From: Candidatus Avilachnospira sp.
GTDB lineage: Bacteria; Bacillota; Clostridia; Oscillospirales; Oscillospiraceae
Reading direction: 5' to 3'
Assembly: GCA_045652125.1 (NCBI GenBank)
Contig: JAZRTT010000019.1
Location: 56,337-120,336 of the forward strand
DNA: 64,000 nt
The notes under the pieces are model-generated. The model saw only the letters and a list, made by a program, of their open reading frames with translations. It made no database searches and was not told the origin of the DNA. The translations under genes were made by a program, and so were the position numbers. Below are positions 55,939 to 63,857 of the stretch, in pieces. Within the stretch, counting starts at the first letter, position 1; each line of letters starts with the position of its first letter.

Positions 55939-56072
55939 AATCCGGCGATGCTATTCGGCTTTGAATTGGACGATTGTTTTGCGTTCTTCCATCGGGTGTC
56001 AGGGGTGCAAATACCTAAAAAAGGGCCGCAGACCGTAAACAGGGTGCGACCACAACAAAACTTGTTTTTTGC

Positions 56073-56116
56073 AAAAAAATCGAGTATTCATAGGGGAAGT
56101 TCCCTATGAATACTCG
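56073..56116 (-). terminator. Strong rho-independent terminator after tRNA-Pro
   Basis: 15-16 bp stem CGAGTATTCATAGGG(G)/(T)CCCTATGAATACTCG, followed by ATTTTTTTGC on the minus strand. Confidence 0.85.
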
Positions 56117-56118
56117 AA

Positions 56119-56195
56119 TGGTCGGAGTGTCGGGATTCGAACCCGAGGCCTCTTGGACCCGAACCAAGCGCGATACCAAACTTCGCCACACCCCG
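56119..56195 (-). tRNA. tRNA-Pro (anticodon CGG)
   Basis: Hand-folded 77-nt cloverleaf: CGGGGTG-TG-GCGA-AGTTTGGTA-TCGC-G-CTTGG-TTCGGGT-CCAAG-AGGCC-TCGGG-TTCGAAT-CCCGA-CACTCCG-A-CCA. C1:G72 and G37 are typical of tRNA-Pro. CCA is encoded. Confidence 0.9.
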
Positions 56196-56205
56196 ATGCC
56201 ATCCT

Positions 56206-56234
56206 ATTATATGAGCAAACCGGCTCTGTGTCAA
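56206..56234 (-). promoter_or_regulatory. Consensus sigma-A promoter for tRNA-Pro
   Basis: Minus strand: TTGACA (56234-56229), a 17-nt spacer, then TATAAT (56211-56206), 10 nt before the tRNA 5' end. Confidence 0.65.
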
Positions 56235-56394
56235 GAAAAATCTCCCTGTTGTCCGGGACATCTCTTTCCATTTTCATCTGCCTGTTACAGAAACGTCTCT
56301 GTGGATTGATTTAGACTTTGCAGCAGCCAACAAGGCCTTACAGTACAAGGATTTTGGTGAGTCGTGTTAACCGTTTGATTCTAACCCAACCGAC

Positions 56395-56477
56395 ATAAAA
56401 AAATAAAAACTCACTCAAAAAACAAGTGAGCAAAGAAACGTAAAAGTGCCTGGAAACCTTGATTTCTCGGCACTTTT
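56395..56477 (-). terminator. Two successive hairpin terminators after tRNA-Arg
   Basis: AAAAGTGCC-(19 nt)-GGCACTTTT (56441-56477) and CTCACT-(9 nt)-AGTGAG followed by TTTTTATTTTTTT (56395-56430), read on the minus strand. Confidence 0.6.
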
Positions 56478-56554
56478 TGGCACCCCGGAGAGGACTCTAA
56501 CCTCCGACCTGCCGCTTAGGAGGCGGCCGCTCTATACAACTGAGCTACCGGGGC
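56478..56554 (-). tRNA. tRNA-Arg (anticodon CCU) with atypical D-loop and T-loop
   Basis: Hand-folded 77 nt: GCCCCGG-TA-GCTC-AGTTGTATA-GAGC-G-GCCGC-CTCCTAA-GCGGC-AGGTC-GGAGG-TTAGAGT-CCTCT-CCGGGGT-G-CCA. The D-loop has GT where GG (G18G19) is expected, and the T-loop has TTA where TTC (C56) is expected. Confidence 0.8.
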
Positions 56555-56571
56555 ATATTTGAAGCATTTAC

Positions 56572-56600
56572 ATTGTATCTCAGGGATTTTTTTCTGTCAA
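56572..56600 (-). promoter_or_regulatory. Sigma-A promoter for tRNA-Arg
   Basis: Minus strand: TTGACA (56600-56595), a 17-nt spacer, then TACAAT (56577-56572), ~17 nt before the tRNA 5' end. Confidence 0.6.
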
Positions 56601-56673
56601 GAAAAGAATTGTGTTCATATCCTCCCCGTCTCAAGCATAGAATATCAGGTATTCAAATTCAGGAGGAGCAGAT

Positions 56674-56766
56674 ATGACCAAGCAAAATGATCGACCGATC
56701 GACGCATCCGGAGACGTGGATGATTACATTTTTGCAGAAATCGATTATCGCATCAGCGAACGCTAA
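56674..56766 (+). CDS. Candidate 30-aa acidic micro-protein (below the ORF-track cut-off)
   Basis: AGGAGGAG lies 5 nt before the ATG at 56674. Translation is MTKQNDRPIDASGDVDDYIFAEIDYRISER, with TAA at 56764-56766 followed directly by a strong terminator. Supported only by these signals. Confidence 0.35.
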   Translation: MTKQNDRPIDASGDVDDYIFAEIDYRISER

Positions 56767-56768
56767 AA

Positions 56769-56800
56769 AGGACCGGTATGTCATCCATACCGGTCCTTTT
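56769..56800. terminator. Bidirectional terminator shared by the micro-ORF and the convergent kinase gene
   Basis: AGGACCGGTATG-TCATC-CATACCGGTCCT with T-runs on both strands. Confidence 0.8.
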
Positions 56801-56827
56801 GCGTGTCAAAAAGGCTTTGCCGATTTG

Positions 56828-59530
56828 TTATTCCGTAATTTTGAAGGTAATGGGGCTTCCCGTTTTCACGATTTTACCGTTGAAGTAGATCTCCAGCGTG
56901 TAGGTACCGGGTGTCTGCGGTGTGCGAAGGAGTTCACCCACATACTTATTCCGGGTCCACATATCGTTCCAGCTTTCTTCCCCTGCATAATGATCCACTA
57001 CACCGCCTTCAGCATTTCGTACCACCAGCAAAATTGAAACGGTATCATCGCTGCTCTTGGGGATGTTGATGGACTCGCAGGCAAACGCAATGGTCTCGGA
57101 AGCTTTGAAGCTGTTGCGCAGAGTTCCCAGATCGTTGACTGTCCATTCCTCTTTCGCGGGCCGCAGCCATGTGCTTACATAACCGCTGCTGAAGCCATGA
57201 TCATGGAACGCCTCCGCTGCAGGGACGATATACTCTATCTTAGTCTTATCGCCGCCTACCTGCTTGCCGCTGGCTTCCTGTACTTCAATCACATACGTGC
57301 TGTTGGGAATCAGTCCGGTCAGGTTTACAGAGGTCTCTTTTGTCTGCTGGGCACTTCCCATGGTATCGGTCCCCTTCATATTGGAGACAATCAGCCATTC
57401 GATCTCCTCGTCCGCAGCCTCTGTTTCCCAAGTCACGGCTACACTGCCATCTTCCGCCGCTTCGGCCTTGAGATTCATGATCTTCAATGCATTGGGGGTA
57501 ATACTGGTGCTGGCAGCCTGCTCCATGTTGTCACAGGTAATGAGAATGCTGTATGTCTCTCCGGCCTGCAAATTTTCCAAAACCAGGATGCTTTCCGTAA
57601 CCGTCTGGTTATCGGTGTAGCCGTCAGTACCTGTGGTGGTGACGTTCCAGCTTTCCGGTGCTGCACCTGTAAAGGTCCATGTCAGAGTCGCCGTGGAGCT
57701 GGAAAGAACTGCCTTCAGCTCACCCATGCTCACAGAAGGTAAGGTACGCCCCAAAACCGAAGTGATACCGGACAGGTGAATGTCTTTGGGATCCTGCAGG
57801 GTAACGACATACTCCGTATCTGCTTCCAATCCGGTCAGAACCATGGTATGACCGGTGAATACTTTTGTTTTTGCAGCCTGACCCGTGGGTCCGTAGGATA
57901 CAGTCCATTCCTCCGGTTCATTGCCATCCACAATGAAATTCAGTTCCAAAGAACTGACCGTCTGCCGGGTAACTGTAAGGCTGATTACATTGGTAGTGGA
58001 CTTGGTTGCCCCGGTAATGGAGAATGCTCCTTCAAAGTCCACATTGCCAATTCCGGACAGATAGATGGTGTACTGGGATCCGGACGCAAGGCCTGTAAAC
58101 GTATTGGGTGCACCGGTATAGGCCTGTCTGCTCTCATTGCCGTAAACATCGGCACAGACAACCTCAAAAGCAGCAGGGTCTTCCTGTGTCTCAATGGCAA
58201 CGGTAAGCGAATCCACCGTCTGCTCCGTCACATCCATGCTGTCAATGGTGATCATATCCGGCCGCAGGAACAAGAACCAGACTGCTGCACCCAGAACACC
58301 AAGTGCCAGCACTACCGCCAGAATGGTGGGGACCCACTTATTCCGGCTTTTACGGCTGCGAACTTTCTGGAAACTCTCTTCCATCTGTTCGGGGTCTATT
58401 TCGGTCCCTTCCTTCTGTGCCGTATAGTCATTTTCAATATCCTGATGAACGGATTCAATCAGTGCGTTGAGCATATCATTGTCCGGAGAGAAGCTGGCTT
58501 TGAAATCCTCGTCCATGTCCTCGGTGCTGGCAAACTGCACCGGCTCGATCTCTTCTTCCACAGCTTCCATATCCAGTTGAATTTCCTCAGCCTGTATGGG
58601 AGGCACAATCAGGGCATCGCCCACCTGATTGCACTTCATGTAATTCACCAGGGCCTCTTTCATTTCCGCAGGAGTCTGATACCGATCCTCCGGCCGGAAG
58701 GCACAGGCCTTGCGGATGATCTCCGCCATCTCATAATCGGCAAACATGGGTGTCGGCATCTCCTGACCGGTGATTCTCTGCCGGTCTGCTGCCTTGGCGG
58801 ATGTCTTTTCGTCTTCAAAGGGTGCATGGCCGCCGTTATAGATCCGGTAAAGAATCAAACCCACGGCATACAGATCCATTGTTTCGTTGATGTTGGCCAT
58901 CAGCTCAAACAGCTCCGGTGCAGAATAGGAACTGAGCATTCCTTCCGGCATGGAGCAGAATTTCAGTTCATCGATCTTGGCAAGGCCAAGGTCACCCAGC
59001 ATGAAATGCCCCTGACTGTTCAGGTAGATGTTGGACGGTGTCACATCCCGGTGGATAAGACCCGCATCCCGCAGATCCTGCAGGGCATTGCAAAGATCCA
59101 ATGCCAGATTGACCGCGTTGGTCTGGGTCATGGGGTTCTCCGCCATGTTTCGCTCCAGCGTAGTACGGTACTCCGCCATCAGATAGACATCAAATCCCAC
59201 TTCCTCTTCTTTGGGTTTGATCTCATAGCTGCGGAAGCAGTCCAGATTGGGGCTGTTTGCCAGATTTTCCATGAGTTCCAGTTCTGTTTGATAGTCTGTC
59301 ACCACCTGCTGGTAGTAGGCCTGTGCTGCCTCTTTGTCAGCAGCGGCCCCCGTAAAGATCAGAGCATCCACCTGACGCTGAGATTCCGGAACAGAAATGT
59401 GCTTCAGTACATAAAACTGTTCAGACTTGTTGCTTCGCACCAGATAAACAGCAGCAGCTCCCTTTTTGCCAAGGCAGCTCAGCGCCTCCATATTGCTCAG
59501 CAAAGTAGTGTTAAGAATAATTTCCGACAA
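56828..59530 (-). CDS. Membrane Ser/Thr protein kinase-like protein with four FN3-like extracellular repeats and a C-terminal beta-rich domain
   Basis: Hanks-type kinase fold: VLKH (beta3 Lys), ELELMENL (alphaC Glu), IHRDVTPSNIYL (catalytic loop), GDLGLAK (DFG-like), SAPE (APE), and DLYAVGLILY. This is followed by a TM (WVPTILAVVLALGVLGAAVWFLF), then four ~85-aa repeats of the type ...SLTV....W.V.Y......Q....T...LTGL...T.Y.I..... Confidence 0.85.
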   Translation of the reverse strand: MSEIILNTTLLSNMEALSCLGKKGAAAVYLVRSNKSEQFYVLKHISVPESQRQVDALIFTGAAADKEAAQAYYQQVVTDYQTELELMENLANSPNLDCFRSYEIKPKEEEVGFDVYLMAEYRTTLERNMAENPMTQTNAVNLALDLCNALQDLRDAGLIHRDVTPSNIYLNSQGHFMLGDLGLAKIDELKFCSMPEGMLSSYSAPELFELMANINETMDLYAVGLILYRIYNGGHAPFEDEKTSAKAADRQRITGQEMPTPMFADYEMAEIIRKACAFRPEDRYQTPAEMKEALVNYMKCNQVGDALIVPPIQAEEIQLDMEAVEEEIEPVQFASTEDMDEDFKASFSPDNDMLNALIESVHQDIENDYTAQKEGTEIDPEQMEESFQKVRSRKSRNKWVPTILAVVLALGVLGAAVWFLFLRPDMITIDSMDVTEQTVDSLTVAIETQEDPAAFEVVCADVYGNESRQAYTGAPNTFTGLASGSQYTIYLSGIGNVDFEGAFSITGATKSTTNVISLTVTRQTVSSLELNFIVDGNEPEEWTVSYGPTGQAAKTKVFTGHTMVLTGLEADTEYVVTLQDPKDIHLSGITSVLGRTLPSVSMGELKAVLSSSTATLTWTFTGAAPESWNVTTTGTDGYTDNQTVTESILVLENLQAGETYSILITCDNMEQAASTSITPNALKIMNLKAEAAEDGSVAVTWETEAADEEIEWLIVSNMKGTDTMGSAQQTKETSVNLTGLIPNSTYVIEVQEASGKQVGGDKTKIEYIVPAAEAFHDHGFSSGYVSTWLRPAKEEWTVNDLGTLRNSFKASETIAFACESINIPKSSDDTVSILLVVRNAEGGVVDHYAGEESWNDMWTRNKYVGELLRTPQTPGTYTLEIYFNGKIVKTGSPITFKITE

Positions 59531-59717
59531 GTGTGATCGCCTCCTTCAGCGCATACAACTTTATTTTAGGCCATTTCTGGCAAAAATGCAATAGAATATA
59601 TGGAAATAATTGATAATCCGGAAAGGTTTTCTTTTGCTCGTTAAATCGTGCAGAAAGAAGTTGGAATTTGCCGTAATTTGTGGTATGATAAAATTACCCG
59701 AAAAGGAGGCGTTTGCT

Positions 59718-60947
59718 ATGAAGCTAAAAGTCTGCGAATACTGCGGAACAGAATACAATGAAGAACAAGACCGCTGTCCTCTGTGCGGCAAAGATGTGAA
59801 GGAGGCACAGGCCGCCGCAGCCAAAGAAAAGAATACCGGCAGCCGTCGAAACCCTGACCGCATCCCCCAATGGATGTGGGTTTTGACCTGCGGACTTCTG
59901 GCCCTGGCTGTGGTCATCGGCCTGTTCTATTTCCTTGTGAGTATGGGCTATGTAGGCAAAAAGCAAACTACACCCCCTCCGGCGATCTCTGTACCGGTGG
60001 AAGATCCTGTGCCCGTTGTTCCCGTCGTGGAGGAGCCTGTGGATCTGTCCTGCAAAGAGCTGACCCTGAGCCATCGAGTCCTTATACTGGATGAGGCGGG
60101 CAGCCATGTGTTTCTGACTGCATTGCCAGCCCCTGTGGACTGTGAAGATCCGGTCCTTTTCTCCAGTTCTGATGAAACCATTGCAGAAGTGGATGACGAC
60201 GGCATGATCACGGCTTTGGCACCCGGTGAAACCGAAATTCTCGTTTCCTGCGGTGATATTCTGGAAACCTGCACCGTTATCTGTGATTTTGAAGCGGAAG
60301 ATCCCCAGGAGGAAACACCGGAGGAGACTGAGGACCCGGAGGAGAACGATACGCCCACAGAATCTGACCCCGCCGATGATCCTACTGCCCCCCAAGAACC
60401 CGAAAAACCGGAAGAAACCACCCCCCAGGCAGATCCGGAATTGTCCAGTGTAGATTTCACCCTGTTCCATCCCGGTGAAGAAACCACTCTTTTCGTCAAA
60501 AATGCTCCGGAGGGTGCCGGTATCACCTATACTTCTTCTGACCCCTCCGTTGCAACAGTCTCCGAAACAGGTAAAGTAGTAGCTGTGGGAGACGGTACTG
60601 CCATCATTACGGTCACAATCAACGATAAAACCCTGACCTGTTTTGCAAGATGCAACCTGGACCAGACCACCGAGAACAATCCCGATAACAGTACGGTAGA
60701 GCTGCCTGCCGGCGGCAGCTATCACCTTTCCCATGTTGATGTAACTTTGGCAGAAGGCAGCAACGAGTCCTTTACTTTGCTTCTTCTGGATGAAAGCGGC
60801 AATAAGGTTTCCGGAGCCACTTTCAGCACCTCCGATGCCTCTGTGTGCGTTGCAGAAGCCAGCGGCCGGGTAACAGCCATCGGATCCGGTACTGCAAATA
60901 TTACCGTATCTTACGGCGGCAAGACCTACACTTGTGTCGTTCGCTGA
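59718..60947 (+). CDS. Zinc-ribbon - TM - three Big_2 (bacterial Ig-like) domain protein
   Basis: N-terminal CEYCG...CPLCG, a TM (WMWVLTCGLLALAVVIGLFYFLV), and three Big_2-like modules (e.g. FSSSDETIAEVDDDGMITALAPGETEILV; YTSSDPSVATVSETGKVVAVGDGTAIITV; FSTSDASVCVAEASGRVTAIGSGTANITV) separated by a D/E/P/T linker. ATG at 59718 sits behind AAAAGGAGG. Confidence 0.8.
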   Translation: MKLKVCEYCGTEYNEEQDRCPLCGKDVKEAQAAAAKEKNTGSRRNPDRIPQWMWVLTCGLLALAVVIGLFYFLVSMGYVGKKQTTPPPAISVPVEDPVPVVPVVEEPVDLSCKELTLSHRVLILDEAGSHVFLTALPAPVDCEDPVLFSSSDETIAEVDDDGMITALAPGETEILVSCGDILETCTVICDFEAEDPQEETPEETEDPEENDTPTESDPADDPTAPQEPEKPEETTPQADPELSSVDFTLFHPGEETTLFVKNAPEGAGITYTSSDPSVATVSETGKVVAVGDGTAIITVTINDKTLTCFARCNLDQTTENNPDNSTVELPAGGSYHLSHVDVTLAEGSNESFTLLLLDESGNKVSGATFSTSDASVCVAEASGRVTAIGSGTANITVSYGGKTYTCVVR

Positions 60948-60967
60948 TCTCTTATGACGCAAAACAA

Positions 60968-60997
60968 TGATCGCAGGCAGAAATATCTGCCTGCGAT
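60968..60997. terminator. Hairpin between convergent Big_2 and DUF378 genes
   Basis: GATCGCAGGCAG-AAATAT-CTGCCTGCGATC, a perfect 12-bp stem. The T-tracts are weak on both sides. Confidence 0.5.
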
Positions 60998-61012
60998 CAC
61001 AGAATTTGCACC

Positions 61013-61207
61013 TTACTGTTTTTGACCTTTTCGGAACAAAAGTGTAATGCACCATAGGCCGGCCAGACCAACCAATGCATACACAATACGGCTGATGACG
61101 GCAGTCTGCCCTCCGAAGATCCATGCCACCAGATCAAATTTCGCAAGGCCGATCAGCCCCCAGTTAATTGCGCCGACAATGGTCAAAATCAAAGCAATGG
61201 TATCCAT
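61013..61207 (-). CDS. DUF378 family small membrane protein
   Basis: LTIVGAINWGLIGLAKFDLVAWIFGG...VYALVGLAGL is the DUF378 signature. Confidence 0.85.
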   Translation of the reverse strand: MDTIALILTIVGAINWGLIGLAKFDLVAWIFGGQTAVISRIVYALVGLAGLWCITLLFRKGQKQ

Positions 61208-61353
61208 ATTATCAACTCCGTTTCATTTGGGTTTCCTCAGTTTGTGCAGTTTCAGCCATAATATACGCCGAAAGAAAATTTGTTTTTTTGATACAATTTT
61301 CCATACAATAAGGATGCCTTCCAAACGGAAAACAGAAAAAGAAGGATTAAAAA

Positions 61354-62601
61354 ATGAAATATATTTTGGTCATCGGTGACGGCATGGCAGATAACCCTCT
61401 GCAGTCTCTGAATGGAATGACACCTTTGGAGGCTGCCGACAAGCCTTTTATTGACGCACTTGCCGCCAAATCACAGGTAGGCAGTGTTCTGACCGTACCC
61501 CGGACTCTTCCTCCCGGCAGCGATACAGCGATTTTATCCATTTTTGGATGCGACCCCTGTCGGTATTTCACCGGCAGAAGCCCGTTGGAAGCAGCCGGAT
61601 GCGGTGTTACTGTGGAACCGGGCTATGCCAGCTACCGCTGCAACATGGTCTGTTTGGAAGACGGTGAGAAACCATTCCACGAAAAGAAAATCTATTCTCA
61701 CAATGCAGGCTCCATTGACGGAAGCACCTCTATGGCTGTCATTCGCCAGCTATGTGCCGACCCTGAATTCAAGGCCGCATTGGAAGCTTTGGAAATAACC
61801 ATTACCCCCACTCCATCTTTCCGCCATATTGTCCGGCAAAAAGATGGCGACGTTTCCGGTATGGTTCTGAAACCGCCCCATGATATTCTTGGGCAGGTTA
61901 TCGGCGATTATGCTTTCTTCGGCAATGAAAATGCTGAAAAACTTTGGAAACTTATGGCTCTGGCCAATGAAAAGCTGGAGCACCTGCCAATCAACGAAGA
62001 GCGCCGTGCGCAAGGGAAAATGCCCGCCAACGGCATTTGGATCTGGGCCGAAGGGACATCTGTACAACTCCCCGATTTTGCAGAAACATACGGTCACAGC
62101 GGCTCTGTCATCAGCGCAGTCCCTCTGGTCCACGGCATCGGCGTGCTTTCCGGATTGAAAATGGTGGAAGTAGAGGGAGCTACCGGCGAAGTGGACACCA
62201 ACTACGCCGGCAAACTGCAGGCTGCCAAGGACTGTCTGCTGTCCGGTGACGAATTCCTTTGCCTCCATCTGGAAGCACCGGATGAATCGACCCATAACGG
62301 CAGTCTGTCTGATAAACTTTTGGCCATTCATCAATTGGACAGTCTCATTGTGCAGCCTCTTGCAGAATGGATGCGTGAACAAAAAATGGAATTCCGCATG
62401 CTGCTGCTCAGCGACCACAAAACCCTGATGTCCACCAAAACCCACGACGGTGATCCCGTTCCCTATCTTCTGTTTGACAGCACAAAACCTTTGGAAACCA
62501 ACTGTTCCTACACCGAGGCCGCCGGCGAACAGGGTACTTATATTCAAAATGGAACGGAACTTATGCAAATGCTCTTTGAAACCAGACCGGATAAAAACTG
62601 A
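61354..62601 (+). CDS. apgM: Cofactor-independent phosphoglycerate mutase family protein (ApgM-type metalloenzyme)
   Basis: MKYILVIGDGMADNPL, GSDTAILSIFG, HLEAPDESTHNG, and LLLSDHKT motifs of the ApgM/alkaline-phosphatase-superfamily mutases. Confidence 0.8.
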   Translation: MKYILVIGDGMADNPLQSLNGMTPLEAADKPFIDALAAKSQVGSVLTVPRTLPPGSDTAILSIFGCDPCRYFTGRSPLEAAGCGVTVEPGYASYRCNMVCLEDGEKPFHEKKIYSHNAGSIDGSTSMAVIRQLCADPEFKAALEALEITITPTPSFRHIVRQKDGDVSGMVLKPPHDILGQVIGDYAFFGNENAEKLWKLMALANEKLEHLPINEERRAQGKMPANGIWIWAEGTSVQLPDFAETYGHSGSVISAVPLVHGIGVLSGLKMVEVEGATGEVDTNYAGKLQAAKDCLLSGDEFLCLHLEAPDESTHNGSLSDKLLAIHQLDSLIVQPLAEWMREQKMEFRMLLLSDHKTLMSTKTHDGDPVPYLLFDSTKPLETNCSYTEAAGEQGTYIQNGTELMQMLFETRPDKN

Positions 62602-62615
62602 AAGGGGAACTCATT

Positions 62616-63857
62616 ATGAACGCTTTTTTGCCCGCTGATATCTTATTGCCCCAGGTGGACCAAATGGAGAAATGGGCGGTGATTGCCTGCGACCAGTTCT
62701 CCTCCAACCCCGCCTATTGGGACCGCGTCCGCAGCAATGCGGGAGATGCTCCTTCCACCATTAATCTGATTCTGCCTGAAGCAGAATTGGGAACACCGCA
62801 GGAAGAAGCCCATACTTCTCTGATCAATCAGACCATGACCAAATACCAAAAAGAGGGTGTATTCAAAACCTATGCCCGCTCCTTTGTCTATGTGGAGCGT
62901 ACTCTGGGAAACGGCGCGATCCGCAAGGGCTTGGTTGGTATGGTCGATCTGGATGCCTATGATTATTCCGTAGGATCCGTCTCCGCCATCCGTGCCACAG
63001 AAAAAACGGTCGTGGAGCGAATCCCGCCCAGAATGAGAGTCCGCCGCAATGCCCCTGTGGAGCTGCCTCATATTCTTATGCTCTGTGATGACCACGATAA
63101 ACAGCTTATTGAGCCCATTGCTGCACAGAAGGCCGCTTTGCCCCTTCTGTATGATTTTGATCTCATGGAAGAAGGCGGTCACATCACCGGCTGGCTGGTT
63201 CAGGGAGATGCCGTTGATTCCTTTGAAGCCCGTCTGACAGCCTATAGTGCCTCTATTGGAGCAAAATATACCGGTCTGCCCGGTGTGCCCATGGTTTTTG
63301 CCGTAGGCGACGGCAACCACTCCCTGGCCACAGCAAAAGCCTGTTATGAAGAACTGAAAGCAGCCAACCCGGATAAAGATCTTTCCTGCCATCCTGCCCG
63401 ATTTGCTCTGGTGGAACTGGAAAACATCCACGATGAAGCACAGAATTTTGAACCGATTCACCGCGTTTTGATGCAAACCGATCCCGTAAAACTTTTGGCT
63501 GACCTCAAGGAAACCCAGTGCGCTGACGGCGGCTTCCCTGTTCAGTGGTATATGGGAAAAGAAAGCGGCACGATCTATCTGGACCGCAGCAAAAGTGAGC
63601 TGGCTGTCGGTGCCCTGCAAGCATTCCTGGACGACTGGATGAAGGAAAATGCCGCTGAGATCGACTATATCCACGGAGATGATGATCTGCGTCAGCTGGC
63701 CGCTCAGGACAATGCCATTGGCTTCCTGCTTCCTGCTATGGAAAAAAGCCAGCTGTTCCGCGGTGTCATCGCCGACGGCATTTTGCCCAGAAAGACTTTC
63801 TCTATGGGCCATGCCCGTGAAAAACGATACTATCTGGAAGGACGTTCGATCAAGTGA
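62616..63857 (+). CDS. DUF1015-like protein
   Basis: Size, N-terminal FLPADILLP...VIACDQFSS...INLILPE, and central [13 protein letters not shown] resemble the clostridial DUF1015 family. No search was run. Confidence 0.55.
   Translation: MNAFLPADILLPQVDQMEKWAVIACDQFSSNPAYWDRVRSNAGDAPSTINLILPEAELGTPQEEAHTSLINQTMTKYQKEGVFKTYARSFVYVERTLGNGAIRKGLVGMVDLDAYDYSVGSVSAIRATEKTVVERIPPRMRVRRNAPVELPHILMLCDDHDKQLIEPIAAQKAALPLLYDFDLMEEGGHITGWLVQGDAVDSFEARLTAYSASIGAKYTGLPGVPMVFAVGDGNHSLATAKACYEELKAANPDKDLSCHPARFALVELENIHDEAQNFEPIHRVLMQTDPVKLLADLKETQCADGGFPVQWYMGKESGTIYLDRSKSELAVGALQAFLDDWMKENAAEIDYIHGDDDLRQLAAQDNAIGFLLPAMEKSQLFRGVIADGILPRKTFSMGHAREKRYYLEGRSIK

Noticed and set aside
56069-56314. 81-aa and 67-aa plus-strand ORFs.
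   Set aside because: They run antisense through tRNA-Pro, its terminator and its promoter.
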